A stretch of DNA of 64,000 nucleotides from Balanoglossus misakiensis (GCA_040954595.2 CM082581.2:5820699-5884698), one strand, 5' to 3'; positions 11,701-24,257 are shown, counted from the stretch's first letter. Numbers and translations: made by a program. The notes: generated by a model not told the origin, from the letters alone.

Positions 11701-14700
11701 TGAGAGCATGAGTTGTACCCTTGTGAATGTTTAATTAGTCACATGACCTGATGACCATATATGGGCAAAGTTTTCAAATGGGCCTAATTTGCATATGAAT
11801 GATGATATCAAAATTCTGTGCAATCATTTTGCGGACCATATGGTCAGTGTCCTACATGCTAAATTTCAAGGCTCTGGGCCAAGTCAATTTTGAGAAGAAG
11901 ATTTTTAAATATTATATTTCATATTTTTTGGACCCAGCCATAGGCCTATACTTTCTATAGTTAAGCTATGATGCTATGTCCACATCTGTGCAATGGTCCT
12001 GTACTGTGATTCTCTATTGGCCCGTGAGCAAAATGGGACCAAAATAAAAGGCAAAATTTTGGGCTCACCTGTAACACCTGCTTAACTCATTAATTATGTG
12101 CATACCTAATTCTGGGCTAACTAATAGGGCTAGAGGTTTTGTGCTTATGGGACATGGACCAGTATAGGGTAAAAAAAAATTGCCCAAATTTTGGGTGACC
12201 TCAGGTGACCTTTGACCTACTTTCCTATATCTCGGCATCCAGAGCAGGTACAGACTTGGCGTTTGGAGGGTTGGGACTAAAATTTAAAAGCCAAAATTGA
12301 GGGTCACCTGTGACACCTGCTTATCTCATTAATTATGTGCATACCTAATTCCAGGCCAACCAATAGGAATAGAGGTTTGGTTTTTGCTTAACATGAACCA
12401 GTATGGGGTCAAAATTTCTTGCCCAAATTTTGGGTGACCTCAGGTGACCTTTGACCTACTTTACCATATCTCGGCATGCACAGCAGCTACAGCCTTGGCA
12501 TTTGGAGGGATGGAACTCCTGATGGAGCCTTACACTTTACCTCATTAATTATGCACATACATAATTGTAGGCGAACCAATAGGGCTAGAGATTTTGTTCT
12601 TGTGGGACACGGACCAGTATGGGGTCAAAATTTCTTCCCCAAATTTTGGGTGACCACTTATGACCTTTGACCTTCGGCTTAAGCTTGGGCCCGTCATCGC
12701 TGCTTGCAGCTATATTTAATGAAGAGATCACTTCGTACTTATTATACCTGGTAAAAATCTAAAAACGGATAATACCGCCCAAGGGGAACCAATTTGTTCT
12801 GAGAAAAACATGTTTTTTTTTTCTCAAACGCATAAGGCCAATATTTTCACACTTTTGTAATGTAAAGGCAAATAATATTCTCACAATTGACTGGCAACAT
12901 TTTTTTTTTCAATCGACTGAAGTCAAATGTTCCACCCTGATGGGTAACCTAGTCTGAATCAGTTCTTTTTATAGTAAAGATTAGATCGTAAATCGTCCTT
13001 TTCGTTCAGTACTTCACATACACGGTGAGATATATTTATTAAATATCAAAAATGCGTTTCTTTTTGCCGTCATTGTCCTGGCCTTCAGCTATTAGGAGCA
13101 ATTTACTTTAAACTCAGTCATTACGGGCAAGATTTGACTTTTGACGCCCGCTGTAGTATTAGCGGTGTATACATGTATATTACCTTTAAAAATTAGTTTA
13201 AAATTTCAGCGGCAAGCCTTATTATTTCTGAGAACAGCGGTTCAAACGAAACAGACTATTAAACGCTTGTCTTCATGCTGTCTTCATCAAAACTCTGAAA
13301 TCGGCGGGGAAAGGTCGACAAACTTGCAAACAAGACACTATGCAGCCATCTCATACACTCATAGTACCAGTAATGTGCCTGGGGTGAAATAATTGTCAGA
13401 AATGGGTTGCAAGGTGCTAAACTTCCGTTCTGAAAAAAGTTGAAAAACTGTATGCAAATGAGGAATTCAAACGTTACTGGCCAATTCAAGTGTTTGCATT
13501 GCATAATCCCCTGCTGTGTAATTACCCCAGTTGCGACCTGACTGTCGCCTCACACTGTATAAAAAAAACACGTCGCCGTTCCCTACATCTGATTTTAATC
13601 AAATTGTCTCGGCCCATGCACGATCTCAAACACATTGTACCAGTTTGATCTCATGTCAAGCTGTGTGGACACTAGAGAATAATTATGGAACTGCAATGAC
13701 AACGGTACAACCACGAATAAAGGCGGGTTCTGCATGAAAGGAAACGAAAGGTTGGGGAACTGGCCATCTGTTTACTGAACCCAATACTTATTTTGTAAAA
13801 AAGATCAATGTGAAAATGGCGATTGGCGTGTGCTTTCACAGCATGCAGTGGTTTTACCGAGAGTTTCACATGTAAACTGAAACGTACCCAGATGAAATAC
13901 ACGGCTGGGGGTGGGGGTGGGCAAACGTTTGGCTCGTGGTGATCTAAATTATTGCAAATGTGACAACATAAATATTTCAAGCTGTTACATTTCTGTTCAG
14001 TATGTTTACACTCTTTGTCAGAATACCAGCTGGTTACAATAAACGCGTCTTCAGTGAAATCAGAAAACAACTGGTTGAACTTTCGGACCTCTTGAAATTG
14101 TCCAATGTGTTTCTTATTAATGAAGAGATCACTTCGTACTTATTATACCTGGTAAAAATCTAAAAACGGATAATACCGCCCAAGGGGAACCAATTTGTTC
14201 TGAGAAAAACATGTTTTTTTTTCTCAAACGCATAAGGCCAATATTTTCACACTTTTGTAATGCAAAGGCAAATACTATTCTCACAATTGACTGGCAACAT
14301 TTTTTTTCAATCGACTGAAGTCAAATGTTCCACCCTGATGGGTAACCTAGTCGGAATCAGTTCTTCTTTTAGTAAAGATTAGATCGTAAATCGTCCTTTT
14401 CGTTCAGTACTTCACATACACGGTGAGATATATTTATTAAATATCGAAAATGCGTTTCTTTTTGCCGTCATTGTCCTGGCCTTCAGCCATTAGGAGCAAT
14501 TTACTTTAAACTCAGTCATTACGGGCAAGATTTGACGTTTGACGCCCGCTGTAGTATTCGCGGTGTATATGTTACCTTTCAAAATTAGTTTAAAATTTCA
14601 GCGGCAAGCCTTATTATTTCTGAGAACAGTGGTTCAAACGAAACAGACTATTAAACGCTTGTCTTCATGCTGTCTTCATCAAAACTCTGAAATCGGCGGG

Positions 14701-14740
14701 GAAAGGTCGACAAACTTGCAAACAAGACACTATGCAGCCA
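7774..14740 (+). repeat. ~1.39 kb tandem duplication (copy a 7774-8538 + 12717-13348, split by nest B; copy b 13354-14740)
   Basis: Both start tacactcatagtaccagtaatg and are near-identical. A third, partial homologue lies at ~21023-22150. Confidence 0.9.
8539..12716 (+). mobile_element. Nest B: three nested Helentron-like elements (outer 8539-12716, middle ~8590-11603, inner ~8640-10034)
   Basis: Inserted at T|T of tttcttat|taatgaag (empty site at ~14111). Three hairpin heads (8539, 8590, 8640) and three tails GCTTG(G/T)GCCC-GTCATC-GCTGCTTGCAGC-TATATT (10001, 11570, 12683). Only the outer pair carries the GGGCCC variant. Confidence 0.85.
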
Positions 14741-15388
14741 GCTCTGCAACCGATTGTTGATTGGTTACGCCCGCACTCACCATAACTTCCATATACGGCA
14801 TAAATTTCACGAAAACGTTTACGCTTCGCGAACAATGGGCAGGTACCAAGCAGATGGGGGAGGGTATTTCTTCATTAATGATACATTCAAATAACTAGTA
14901 GCCCCAGTTACTATTATTTTTGAGGTTAAATTTTAACGTTATAAACAAGTAAAAGTTGAATACTTCTGCTCAATTTGTATGTCGTTAAGTTTGAACAAAA
15001 CTTATCGTGTTGTCAAATCCTTAGAAAACGATTCCCTCCCTTCTCTAGTAATGTGCGGTACTAACATTTCAGTATTTATTGAACATATCTTCACTTACTA
15101 ATCCATTGCCGTGAGAGCTTTGACAGAGGCAACAAGTTCCACAAGGACGCGAACACAAAACTGTCCAACGTTCTGAGAAGAGAAAGCAGTACACGTAGGA
15201 GATTAATTTTGAAGATTTCAAATGAGCTTAAGGTATGTGATGATTTTCTCCGAAATGTAGCACCCATGCATATAAATTCTTCGCTAAATTTCCGTTGAAC
15301 ACGATTGGAAGTTTTTCTTTGGATAATTGCGTTTGTGAGAGAGAACACATTACGTGATAATAGTACACTGGCCAAATGAATGACACTT

Positions 15389-16860
15389 TCTCCCTATATA
15401 CTCACTTTCACATCGCAACATAGGGACCACGTACCATTAAAATATGCAGTAAGGAATTGATTTTTATCCGCCATTACCAAATTAGGGATTGTTCAATTAT
15501 GACTGCCGGAATGGATTGGTAAACTCCGGGGGTGGGGGTTGCGTCTTAAAATATGACATTTAAAGGTTGTACGTTTATACACATACGTGCATGAAACGGA
15601 GATGACTCGCTTAATTTTCGCAGCTAAGTTAAATCTACTGCATATTACTTATGGAGTAAGTATTGCTGGTCAATCAATCTTTATAATTTATCACTGTGAT
15701 ACATAGAGAGTAATAGAATCTCACACTCCCAAGGACCTGGGATCGTATTTCTCACATGAGTTGGGGATTTTTTGTCCCACACGAGCCGCAGGCGAGTGTG
15801 GGACAAAATATCCCCGACGAGTGTGAGAAATACGATCCCAGGTCCTTGGTGTGTGAGATTCTTTTTCTCACACGACCAGAAATTTGCGATATTAACGTTT
15901 ATTTACAATAAAAGCACTAAATCTATAAAATACCAACTGATAACTGCATGTCCAGTCATATGTTGATCCGCCCCGCAAAACATAGTCCCCATTTCATCAC
16001 GAGTTTACAGTACACACATGCTACAAAAATGTGCTCAACACATTAAAATATTGAGACTGTTTCCAGTGGCATAAATTCGCGCGATATCTAGAAAATACAA
16101 CCGTTTTTTTAGTCTGTCGCCAACCACGTACACCACTGTCGTCTGCACATGACCTGATCACATTGTAGTTCGGGTTTGTGTACAACTTGTGTTCTACACA
16201 TCACACAATTGGATAATATTTGCTCATTCTGAGGGGTATGAATATCATATTATCCAATCAGAGCTCGTGTCAGATAACAGTTGTCTGTGTGCGCATTAAC
16301 ACAGAGTGTGGGATCAATTTTATCCCACACTCTCTATCCCACTCTCCCAGCGGCCAGGAGTGTGAGAAAGTGTGATACAATGTAAACTAATAAGTGAAGT
16401 ATTGCACATTTGTTTACCGAGTACCAAGCGGAAGGGAAACAACTGGAACGATTCTCCCTATATACTCACTTTCACATCGCAACATAGGGACCACGTACCA
16501 TTAAAATATGCAGTAAGGAATTGATTTTTATCCGCCATTACCAAATTAGGGATTGTTCAATTATGACTGCCGGAATGGATTGGTAAACTCCGGGGGTGGG
16601 GGTTGCGTCTTAAAATATGACATTTAAAGGTTGTACGTTTATACACATACGTGCATGAAACGGAGATGAGTCGCTTAATTTTCGCAGCTAAGTTAAATCT
16701 ACTGCATATTACTTATGGAGTAAGTATTGCTGGTCAATCAATCTTTATAATTTATCACTGTGATACATAGAGGGAGTGTGATACAATGTAAACTAATAAG
16801 TGAAGCATTGCACATTTGTTTACCGAGTACCAAGCGGAAGGGAAACAACTGGAACGATTC
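15389..16860 (+). repeat. ~405 bp tandem duplication upstream of copy 2 (first copy interrupted by the 15711-16369 insertion)
   Basis: tctccctatatactcactttcacatcg ... ctggaacgattc occurs at 15389-16453 and 16454-16860, but only once upstream of copy 3. Confidence 0.85.
15711..16369. mobile_element. ~660 bp non-autonomous insertion with a ~146 bp terminal palindrome (family uncertain, possibly Crypton-like)
   Basis: Absent from homologues at ~16770 and ~23120. Imperfect palindrome 15716-15861 centred on CACGAGCCGCAGGCGAGTG. Subterminal IR TCTCACACTCC / GGAGTGTGAGA. No clear TSD. Confidence 0.65.
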
Positions 16861-17046
16861 AAATTTGGTACATCGCTTATTTTACTATAACGAGGTTGCG
16901 CATTTGCATGTTCTTTGACTCCTGTCCATGTTTTATGCTGTTTGCTGAGATTAGTCATGATGGGTTTTTGCATAAACTGAAGAGTGGCTATTTACACAGC
17001 AAAACTGCCCCTTGTATGAGTAAATTGACTTTTCGCTTTTTTCAGG

Positions 17047-17233
17047 ATGACTAACATCGCTGTTGTGCTGCTGCTGTTCGTGTTTGTTAGAACCTCCACC
17101 ACGCAAGACACCCGGGCCGGTGCCGACCAGTGCCTCAGTATTTGTACGGAGTCATGGCCGGATACAAGGCGACCAGTTGGACCACCAGGCCCCCCAGGGA
17201 CACCCGGCATTTCCGGTCCAGTTGGAAGACAGG
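17047..17233 (+). CDS. Collagen-C1q copy 2, coding exon 1; product about 283 aa
   Basis: Near-identical to 174-360. Donor G|gtaaga. Confidence 0.9.
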
Positions 17234-17536
17234 GTAAGACTGATCCCCCCAAAAATGATTTTCATGTTACAGTGAGTTCAGGAAAAACTTGACGCCAATA
17301 AACAGCCATGGATTGCTTTCTTACTAGAATTGGGTGTGTTCCTAAATTTACAATTTTTTCAAAACACCTTTATTATTTTAGTCAAATGGGTGTCCACACG
17401 TAAAAATTCGCCATGGTCATTCGAAGGCTTGGACACACTTTTTACCATATATAGGCATATATGTTGTACTTCCCTTAAAACGTGTACCAATGGGAGTGGG
17501 TGGTATAATTGTTGAAGCCTCTCTCCCACTTTGTAG

Positions 17537-17635
17537 GTCAGCCTGGTGTGATTGGTCCCGTTGGTACTCAAGGGGTCAAAGGTGAACCTGGTGAGAAAGG
17601 CGAGAAGGGCGATGTTGCTGTCAATGGAGATAAAG
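17537..17635 (+). CDS. Collagen-C1q copy 2, exon 2 (99 bp, extra GEK triplet)
   Basis: ttgtag|GT CAG ... GAG AAA GGC GAG AAG GGC GAT ... AAA G|gtatt. Confidence 0.88.
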
Positions 17636-17922
17636 GTATTGTCTTTAACACTTTTGTATTAAGCAGCCGTTAATTGCAATACGACCAAATTCTGCTGTTG
17701 GATAAGATTACAATTATAGTCTCAAAAGCATGGTGAGAAATAGGCTGACATCTTTATATATCCTTTTTTGTGTAATGGAATATACATTTTTCATTTATTA
17801 TTAATTATTATGCACTACATGCATTTATATAGTTACTGCTTGTTTTTAATACAACATTTTATCAGAATCCATGATTCAAAAAGTTTGATGAAAGTGTTCT
17901 CCCGTCGCTTCACAATGTTTAG

Positions 17923-18488
17923 GTGAATCTGGGGTTAGAGGTCAAACCGGGCATCCTGGGAAAATTGGTCCACAAGGTCCAAAGGGTGAGAGCGGTGAAA
18001 ACGGGACTGATGGTGCTACAGGTGGACCTGGACTACCAGGGGTCAAGGGTCAGAGAGGTAAAACTGGCAAAGTGCAACAAACTAAGGTGTCATTCACTGT
18101 GGCAAGGCAGAGCGGTTTAGTAGGGAACGGTTCAGAGCAAACTATCACGTATACAAATGCCATATTCAAGGAAGGAGCAAATATCAATCTCGATTCAGGT
18201 GTGTTTACCTGTGAGGTTCCTGGCATCTATTACTTTTCTGTCACATTACGTTCAAATTACGGCAAAAACATTGATGTACAGCTGAAACAGAATGGTGTCG
18301 GCATGTTTAGAATTTATTCCGGTATCTATTCAGACAACACTTTGCTATCTCAGAGTGGTATGTTACACCTGAACCGAGGTGATGAAGTCAAACTAGTGCT
18401 ACCTGGTAGTATCATTTACGGATTTCTCTATTGTGCTGGCGGTATTCCCTGTAACACCTTCAGTGGGTTCCTTATCTATCCCGACTAA
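17923..18488 (+). CDS. Collagen-C1q copy 2, exon 3 (collagen + gC1q)
   Basis: tttag|GT GAA TCT. Open frame continues into ORF 18072-18488, ending FSGFLIYPD*. Confidence 0.93.
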
Positions 18489-19057
18489 ACACCACAGTAA
18501 ATTCATGTTATCCGCATATTAGAAAGTTGGGATCGTGTCCAGGTGGGTTATAATAATCGGTAATTTTAATTTGAAAAAAGACATTCGAGTAGAGCTTCTT
18601 CAGTTTGATTAAAAGCCACTTTGCAACATCGCCTTTGACATTGTACAATTCAAAGATAATAGTTAATTAAAAGAGAATTTTGTCTTATCCAAAAATTCCA
18701 CGACCCACAAAGTTCTTTGATTACTTTGCTTCATTTCGTTAATAGTAAGTGTATACTTTTAACAGATCCAAACGACCATCTTGTTAAGTTAGTGTGTGCC
18801 TCGAATATAAGCTTTGAACTTGTTCTCGTATTTTTTCAAGGTACCTTTAAAATTGGGTTTCACCGCGAAAAACTAAACAGAGAGCGAGCCAAATTGTCTA
18901 ATATTTGAAATCCAAAATGGCCGCCAATCACTGCATTAAGTCTGAGGGGAAACATTAATAAAGTAGTGATTTGTGCGAAAACGAGATGGTGAACACCCAA
19001 TTTAATTTTTTAAAATAGACTTCTTATTTTACTATAGCACACAAGTGAAAGATTTAA

Positions 19058-19314
19058 GGTAGATGACTACTCAAAAGTTAGAATATTGTCTTTTTTTCTG
19101 ACGAATTCCGATGCTATAGTTTTCCCATGGTGAAAATATCGGAATATCTCCTTCACAAAATCAAGCGCAGTGACGTTTAAAAGTACTCCTCTTTTGGCAC
19201 CCTTTTGTGAAAATGTCAAGAAAATGACAATATTGTAACACTGTTTTATCAACATTCTACATGTTAGGCTGTGGAATGTGATAACCATGCACTGCATCTA
19301 CGTAGTCATCTACC
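19058..19314. mobile_element. TTAA-flanked MITE (Kolobok-like)
   Basis: TTAA|GGTAGATGACTAC ... GTAGTCATCTACC|TTAA. Confidence 0.7.
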
Positions 19315-19531
19315 TTAATTGACTGTCATTTGTCTCTTCTGAAACTCTGTCTCCGAGGCGCGTACCACCTTAACAAGTGCATGTTCTTTCTTTCTGAATA
19401 TTGCTTCAACTGTTACAGTTCTGATGCAAAGATTGATGTGGTCTACTACAGATAACGAGGCAGTCTTAAGACTATTGCATCGGAGAGGTTATTGTGTTTC
19501 AGTTTACCAATATCAATGTAGCTTGTATTTA

Positions 19532-19878
19532 AGGGACAAAGTCTCTCTCTCGCTGCCCTTTTTTCCATTAAGTATATTTGATACAAGACAACGTTTGTTA
19601 TTCTACATGTCGATATATAGTGAATGAACATTCAACTACACACAACTTCCATCCCTCTTATAGACAGGAGAGTGAAAAAACTCGCCAAAATGAATAATCG
19701 TTCTTTACCATTTATTCATTTTGGTCGAGTTTTTACTCTCATATCATACAAGTGGGATGGAAGTTTTGTGTGGTTGATCATTGATTCACTATATATCCAC
19801 ATTTACATTAACATACCCAGTGTCTTGTATCAAACATAGTTAATTGAAAAGGGGCAGCTGGAGAGAGACTTTGTCCCT
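19532..19878. mobile_element. Kolobok-like MITE specific to the copy 2 flank
   Basis: TIR AGGGACAAAGTCTCTCTC / GAGAGAGACTTTGTCCCT, flanked by TTTA and TTAA. Empty site gcttgtaTTAAtctg at ~2580 and ~32095. Confidence 0.8.
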
Positions 19879-22800
19879 TTAATCTGTAAGTTGCTAATCA
19901 TGCAAATAAAAACACGGAATGAAACAACAACCGACTTGGCGTTTACTTCACTATTGTCATGGAGACATCAACCATGTCTCCACTTGCAAATTTTCATGAT
20001 CTTAACAATTTTGTACCAGTTCGAACTCGCATCAAATCAAGTCAATATTAATTCCGAAAGATACATCCTCAATGTTGAGGATATGCTGTGATTTGTACTG
20101 TTATTTCTATGCTTCAACAGTCTTCAAATGATAATTACTGATTGGGGCCCTATTCCAATTTAGGGCAACTGTCTGCCCTTGTGTTTCGTGTGAATAGCGC
20201 CACCCTCGACGAATATGTCTGTTCCCGCGTAAGTGAAATTGCAAATCGTTATCTGAAAAAGCGCCACCATTGTGACACTACCACTAAAGTACATGTACAT
20301 GTATACAGATTTTTACAGTTTCGGGCGTTATCTTTTTCACTGCGCCCTCTAGAAAAGTTGAATACTTAGTCGCAACGGCCTGTACATTATCAATCAACCA
20401 GAGGAACGTTTTCACTTGGAGACATTGCACCTATGCAAATTTAAACACTGTTACCATGGAAAATAGCCAATCACAGATATTCAGCAGGTGGCATACGAGA
20501 AAAGAGTGCGCCAACATATCAGCGGTCATTCGAACACTAAATAAGTCACGCCGTATTGACTGTATATAGGCATCATAAGTAAATTAGAGATGACTGTATA
20601 CCTTTAATACAACCAACCTTAGTTTGCACATAATAATAGTTCTTATCAGCGCATTATGCTGAAAGCTTGAACTTTACACACAAAAAAATATATATATAGT
20701 GTAAAATGACAAACAGTTAAAAATCGATGAAAAGGAAGGTTATGAGTTGAGTTTTGAAAGGTCCAATTGAAGTATCGGATTTCCATGATTAGAGACCTGC
20801 AACAGAGAAAGCCCGTTCACCATAAGGCTGCGTGAATTCAAAATTATGTTTGACGTCACCTCAAGACCCCAAAACCTATGAAGGGGGTGGTTTACAAAAC
20901 AAAGCCTTGTAAAATTTAAAAAAACCCGGATAATATCACCCAAGATGAGCTAATTTGTTATGAGAAAATCTTTTTTTTCATACGCATAAGAGCGCTTAAG
21001 GCGAAAATTTAAACACGTTTCTTGGCCCATACACGATCTCAAACACATTGTACCAGTTTGATCTCATGTCAAGGCGTGTGGACACTAGAGAATAATTATG
21101 GAACTGCAATGACAACGGTACAATCACGAATAAAGGCGGGTTCTGCATGAAAGGAAACGAAAGGTTGAGGGACTGGGCATCTGTTTACTGAACCAAATAC
21201 TTATTTTGTAAAAAAGATCAATGTGAAAAAATGGCGATTGGCGTGTGCTTTCACAGCATGCAGTGGTTTTACCGAGAGTTTAACATGTAAACTGAAACGT
21301 ACATACCCAGATGAAATACACGGCTGGGGTGGGGGGTGGGCAAACGTTTGGCTCGTGGTGATCTAAATTATTGCAAATGTGACAACATAAATATTTCAAG
21401 CTGTTACATTTCTGTTCAGTATGTTTACACTCTTTGTCAGAATACCAGCTGGTTACAATAAACGCGTCTTCAGTGAAATCAGAAAACAACTGGTTGAACT
21501 TTCGGACCTCTTGAAATTGTCCAATGTGTTTCTTATTAATGAAGAGATCACCTCGTACTTATTGCAACCTTGTAAAAATCTAAAAACGGATAATACCGCC
21601 CAAGGGGAACCAATTTGTTCTGAGAAAAACATGTTTTTTTTCAAACGCATAAGGCCAATATTTTCACACTTTTGTAATGTAAAGGCAAATACTATTCTCA
21701 CAATTGACTGGCAACATTTTTTTTCAATCGACAGAAGTCAAATGTTCCACCCTGATGGGTAACCTAGTCGGGATCAGTTCTTTTTATAGTAAAGATTAGA
21801 TCGTAAATCGTCCTTTTCGTTCAGTACTTCACGTACGCGGTGAGATGTATTTATTAAATATCGAAAATGCGTTTCTTTTTGCCGTCACTGTCCTGGCCTT
21901 CAGCTATTAGGAGCAATTTACTTCAAACTCAGTCATTACGGGCAAGATTTGATGCTGTAGTATTCGCGGTGTATATGTTACCTTTCAAAATTAGTTTAAA
22001 ATTTCAGCGGCAAGCCTTATTATTTCTGAGAACAGCGGTTCAAACGAAACAGACTATTACTAGTAAACGCTTGTCTTCATGCTGTCTTCATCAAAACTCT
22101 GAAATCGGCGGGGAAAGGTCGACAAACTTGCAAACAAGACACTATGTCGCCAGCTCTGCAGCCGATTGTTGATTGGTTACGCCCGCACTCACCATAACTT
22201 CCATATACGGCATAAATTTCACGAAAACGTTTACGCTTCGCGAACAATGGGCAGGTACCAAGCAGATGGAGAGGGTATTTCTTCATAAATGATACATTCA
22301 AATAACTAGTAGCCCCAGTTACTATTATGTTTGAGAGTTAAATTTTAAAGTTGTAAACAAGTAAACGTTGAATACTTCTGCTCAATTTGTATGTCGTTAA
22401 GTTTGAACAAAACTTATAGTGTTGTCAAATCCTTAGAAATCGATTCCCTCCCTTCTCTAGTAATGTGCGGTACTAACATTTCAGTATTTATTGAACATAT
22501 CTTCACTTACTTATCCATTGCCGCGAGAGCTTTGACAGAGGCAACAAGTTCCACAAGGACGCGAACACAAAACTGCCCAACGTTCTGAGAAGAGAAAGCA
22601 GTACACGTAGAAGATTAATTTTGAAGATTGCAAATGAGCTTAAGGTATGTGATGATGTTCTCCGAAAAGTAGCACCCATGCATATAAATTCTTCGCTAAA
22701 TTTCCGTTGAACACGATTGGAAGTTTTTCTTTGGATAATTGCGTTTGTGAGAGAGAACACATTTCGTGATAATAGTACACTGGCCAAATGAAGGACACTC

Positions 22801-23379
22801 TCTCCCTATATACTCACTTTCACATCGCAACATAGGGACCACGTATCAATCAAAATATGCAGTTAGGAATTGATTTTTATCCGCCATTACCAAATTAGGG
22901 ATTGTTCAATTATGACTGCCGGAATGGATTGGCAAACTCCGGGGGTGGGGGGTTGCGTCTTAAAATATGGCATTTCAAGGTTGTACGTTTATACACATAC
23001 GTGCATGAAACGGAGATGAGTCGCTTAATTTTCGCAGCTAAGTTAAATCTACTGCATATTACTTATGGAGTAAGTATTGCTGGTCAATCAATCATTATAA
23101 ATTATCACTGTGATACATAGAGAGAGAGTGTGATACTGTGTAAACTAATGAGTGAAGTATTGCACATTTGTTTACCGAGTACCAAGCGGAAGGGAAACAA
23201 ATGGAACTTATTTTACTATAATGAGGTTGCGCATTTGCATGTTCTTTGACTCCTGTCCATGTTTTATGCTGTTTGCTGAGATTAGTCATGATGGGTTTTT
23301 GCATAAACTGAAGAGTGGCCATTTACACAGCAAAACTGTCCCTTGTATGAGTAAATTGACTTTTCGCTTTTTTTTCAGC

Positions 23380-23560
23380 ATGACTAACATCGCTGTTGTG
23401 CTGCTGCTGTTCGTGTTTGTGAGAACCTCCACCACGCAAGACACTAGTGCAGACCAGTGCCTCAGTATTTGTACGGAGTCATGGCCGGATACAAGGGGAC
23501 CAGTTGGACCACCAGGCCCCCCAGGGACACCCGGCATTTCCGGTCCAGTTGGAAGACAGG
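23380..23560 (+). CDS. Collagen-C1q copy 3, coding exon 1; product about 280 aa
   Basis: tttttcag|C ATG ACT AAC. 6 nt shorter than copies 1/2 (TQDTSADQ). Donor G|gtaaga. Confidence 0.9.
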
Positions 23561-23869
23561 GTAAGACTGATCCCCGAAAAAATGAGTTTCATGTTACAGT
23601 GAGTTCAGGAAAAACTTGACGCCAATAAACAGCCATGAATTGCTTATTGCTAGAATTGAGTGTGTTCCTAAATTTACCATTTTTTTCGAAACACCTTTAT
23701 TTAGTCAAAAGGTTTTCAATGGGTGTCCACACGTAAAAATGCGCCATGGTCATTCGAAGGCTTGGACACACTTTTGACCATATATAGGCATATATGTTGT
23801 ACTTCCCTTAAAACGTGTACCAATGGGAGTGGGTGTTATAATTGTTGAAGCCTCTCTCCCACTTTGTAG

Positions 23870-23968
23870 GTCAGCCTGGTGTGATTGGTCCCGTTGGTAC
23901 TCAAGGGGTCAAAGGTGAACCTGGTGAGAAAGGCGAGAAGGGCGATGTTGCTGTCAATGGAGATAAAG
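23870..23968 (+). CDS. Collagen-C1q copy 3, exon 2 (99 bp)
   Basis: ttgtag|GT CAG ... AAA G|gtatt. Confidence 0.88.
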
Positions 23969-24257
23969 GTATTAATTGTTATCACTTTTGTATTAAGCAG
24001 CCGTTAATTGCAATACGACCAAATTCTGCTGTTGGATAAGATTACAATTATAGTCTCAAAAGCATGGTGAGAAATAGGCTGACATCTTTATATATCCTTT
24101 TTTGTGTAATGGAATATATTTTTTTCATTTATTATTAATTATCATGCACTACATGCATTTTAGTTAGTTAGTGCTTGTTTTTAATACAACATTTTATCAG
24201 AATCCAGGATTCAAAAAGTTTGATGAAAGTGTTCTCCCGTCGCTTCACAATGTTTAG

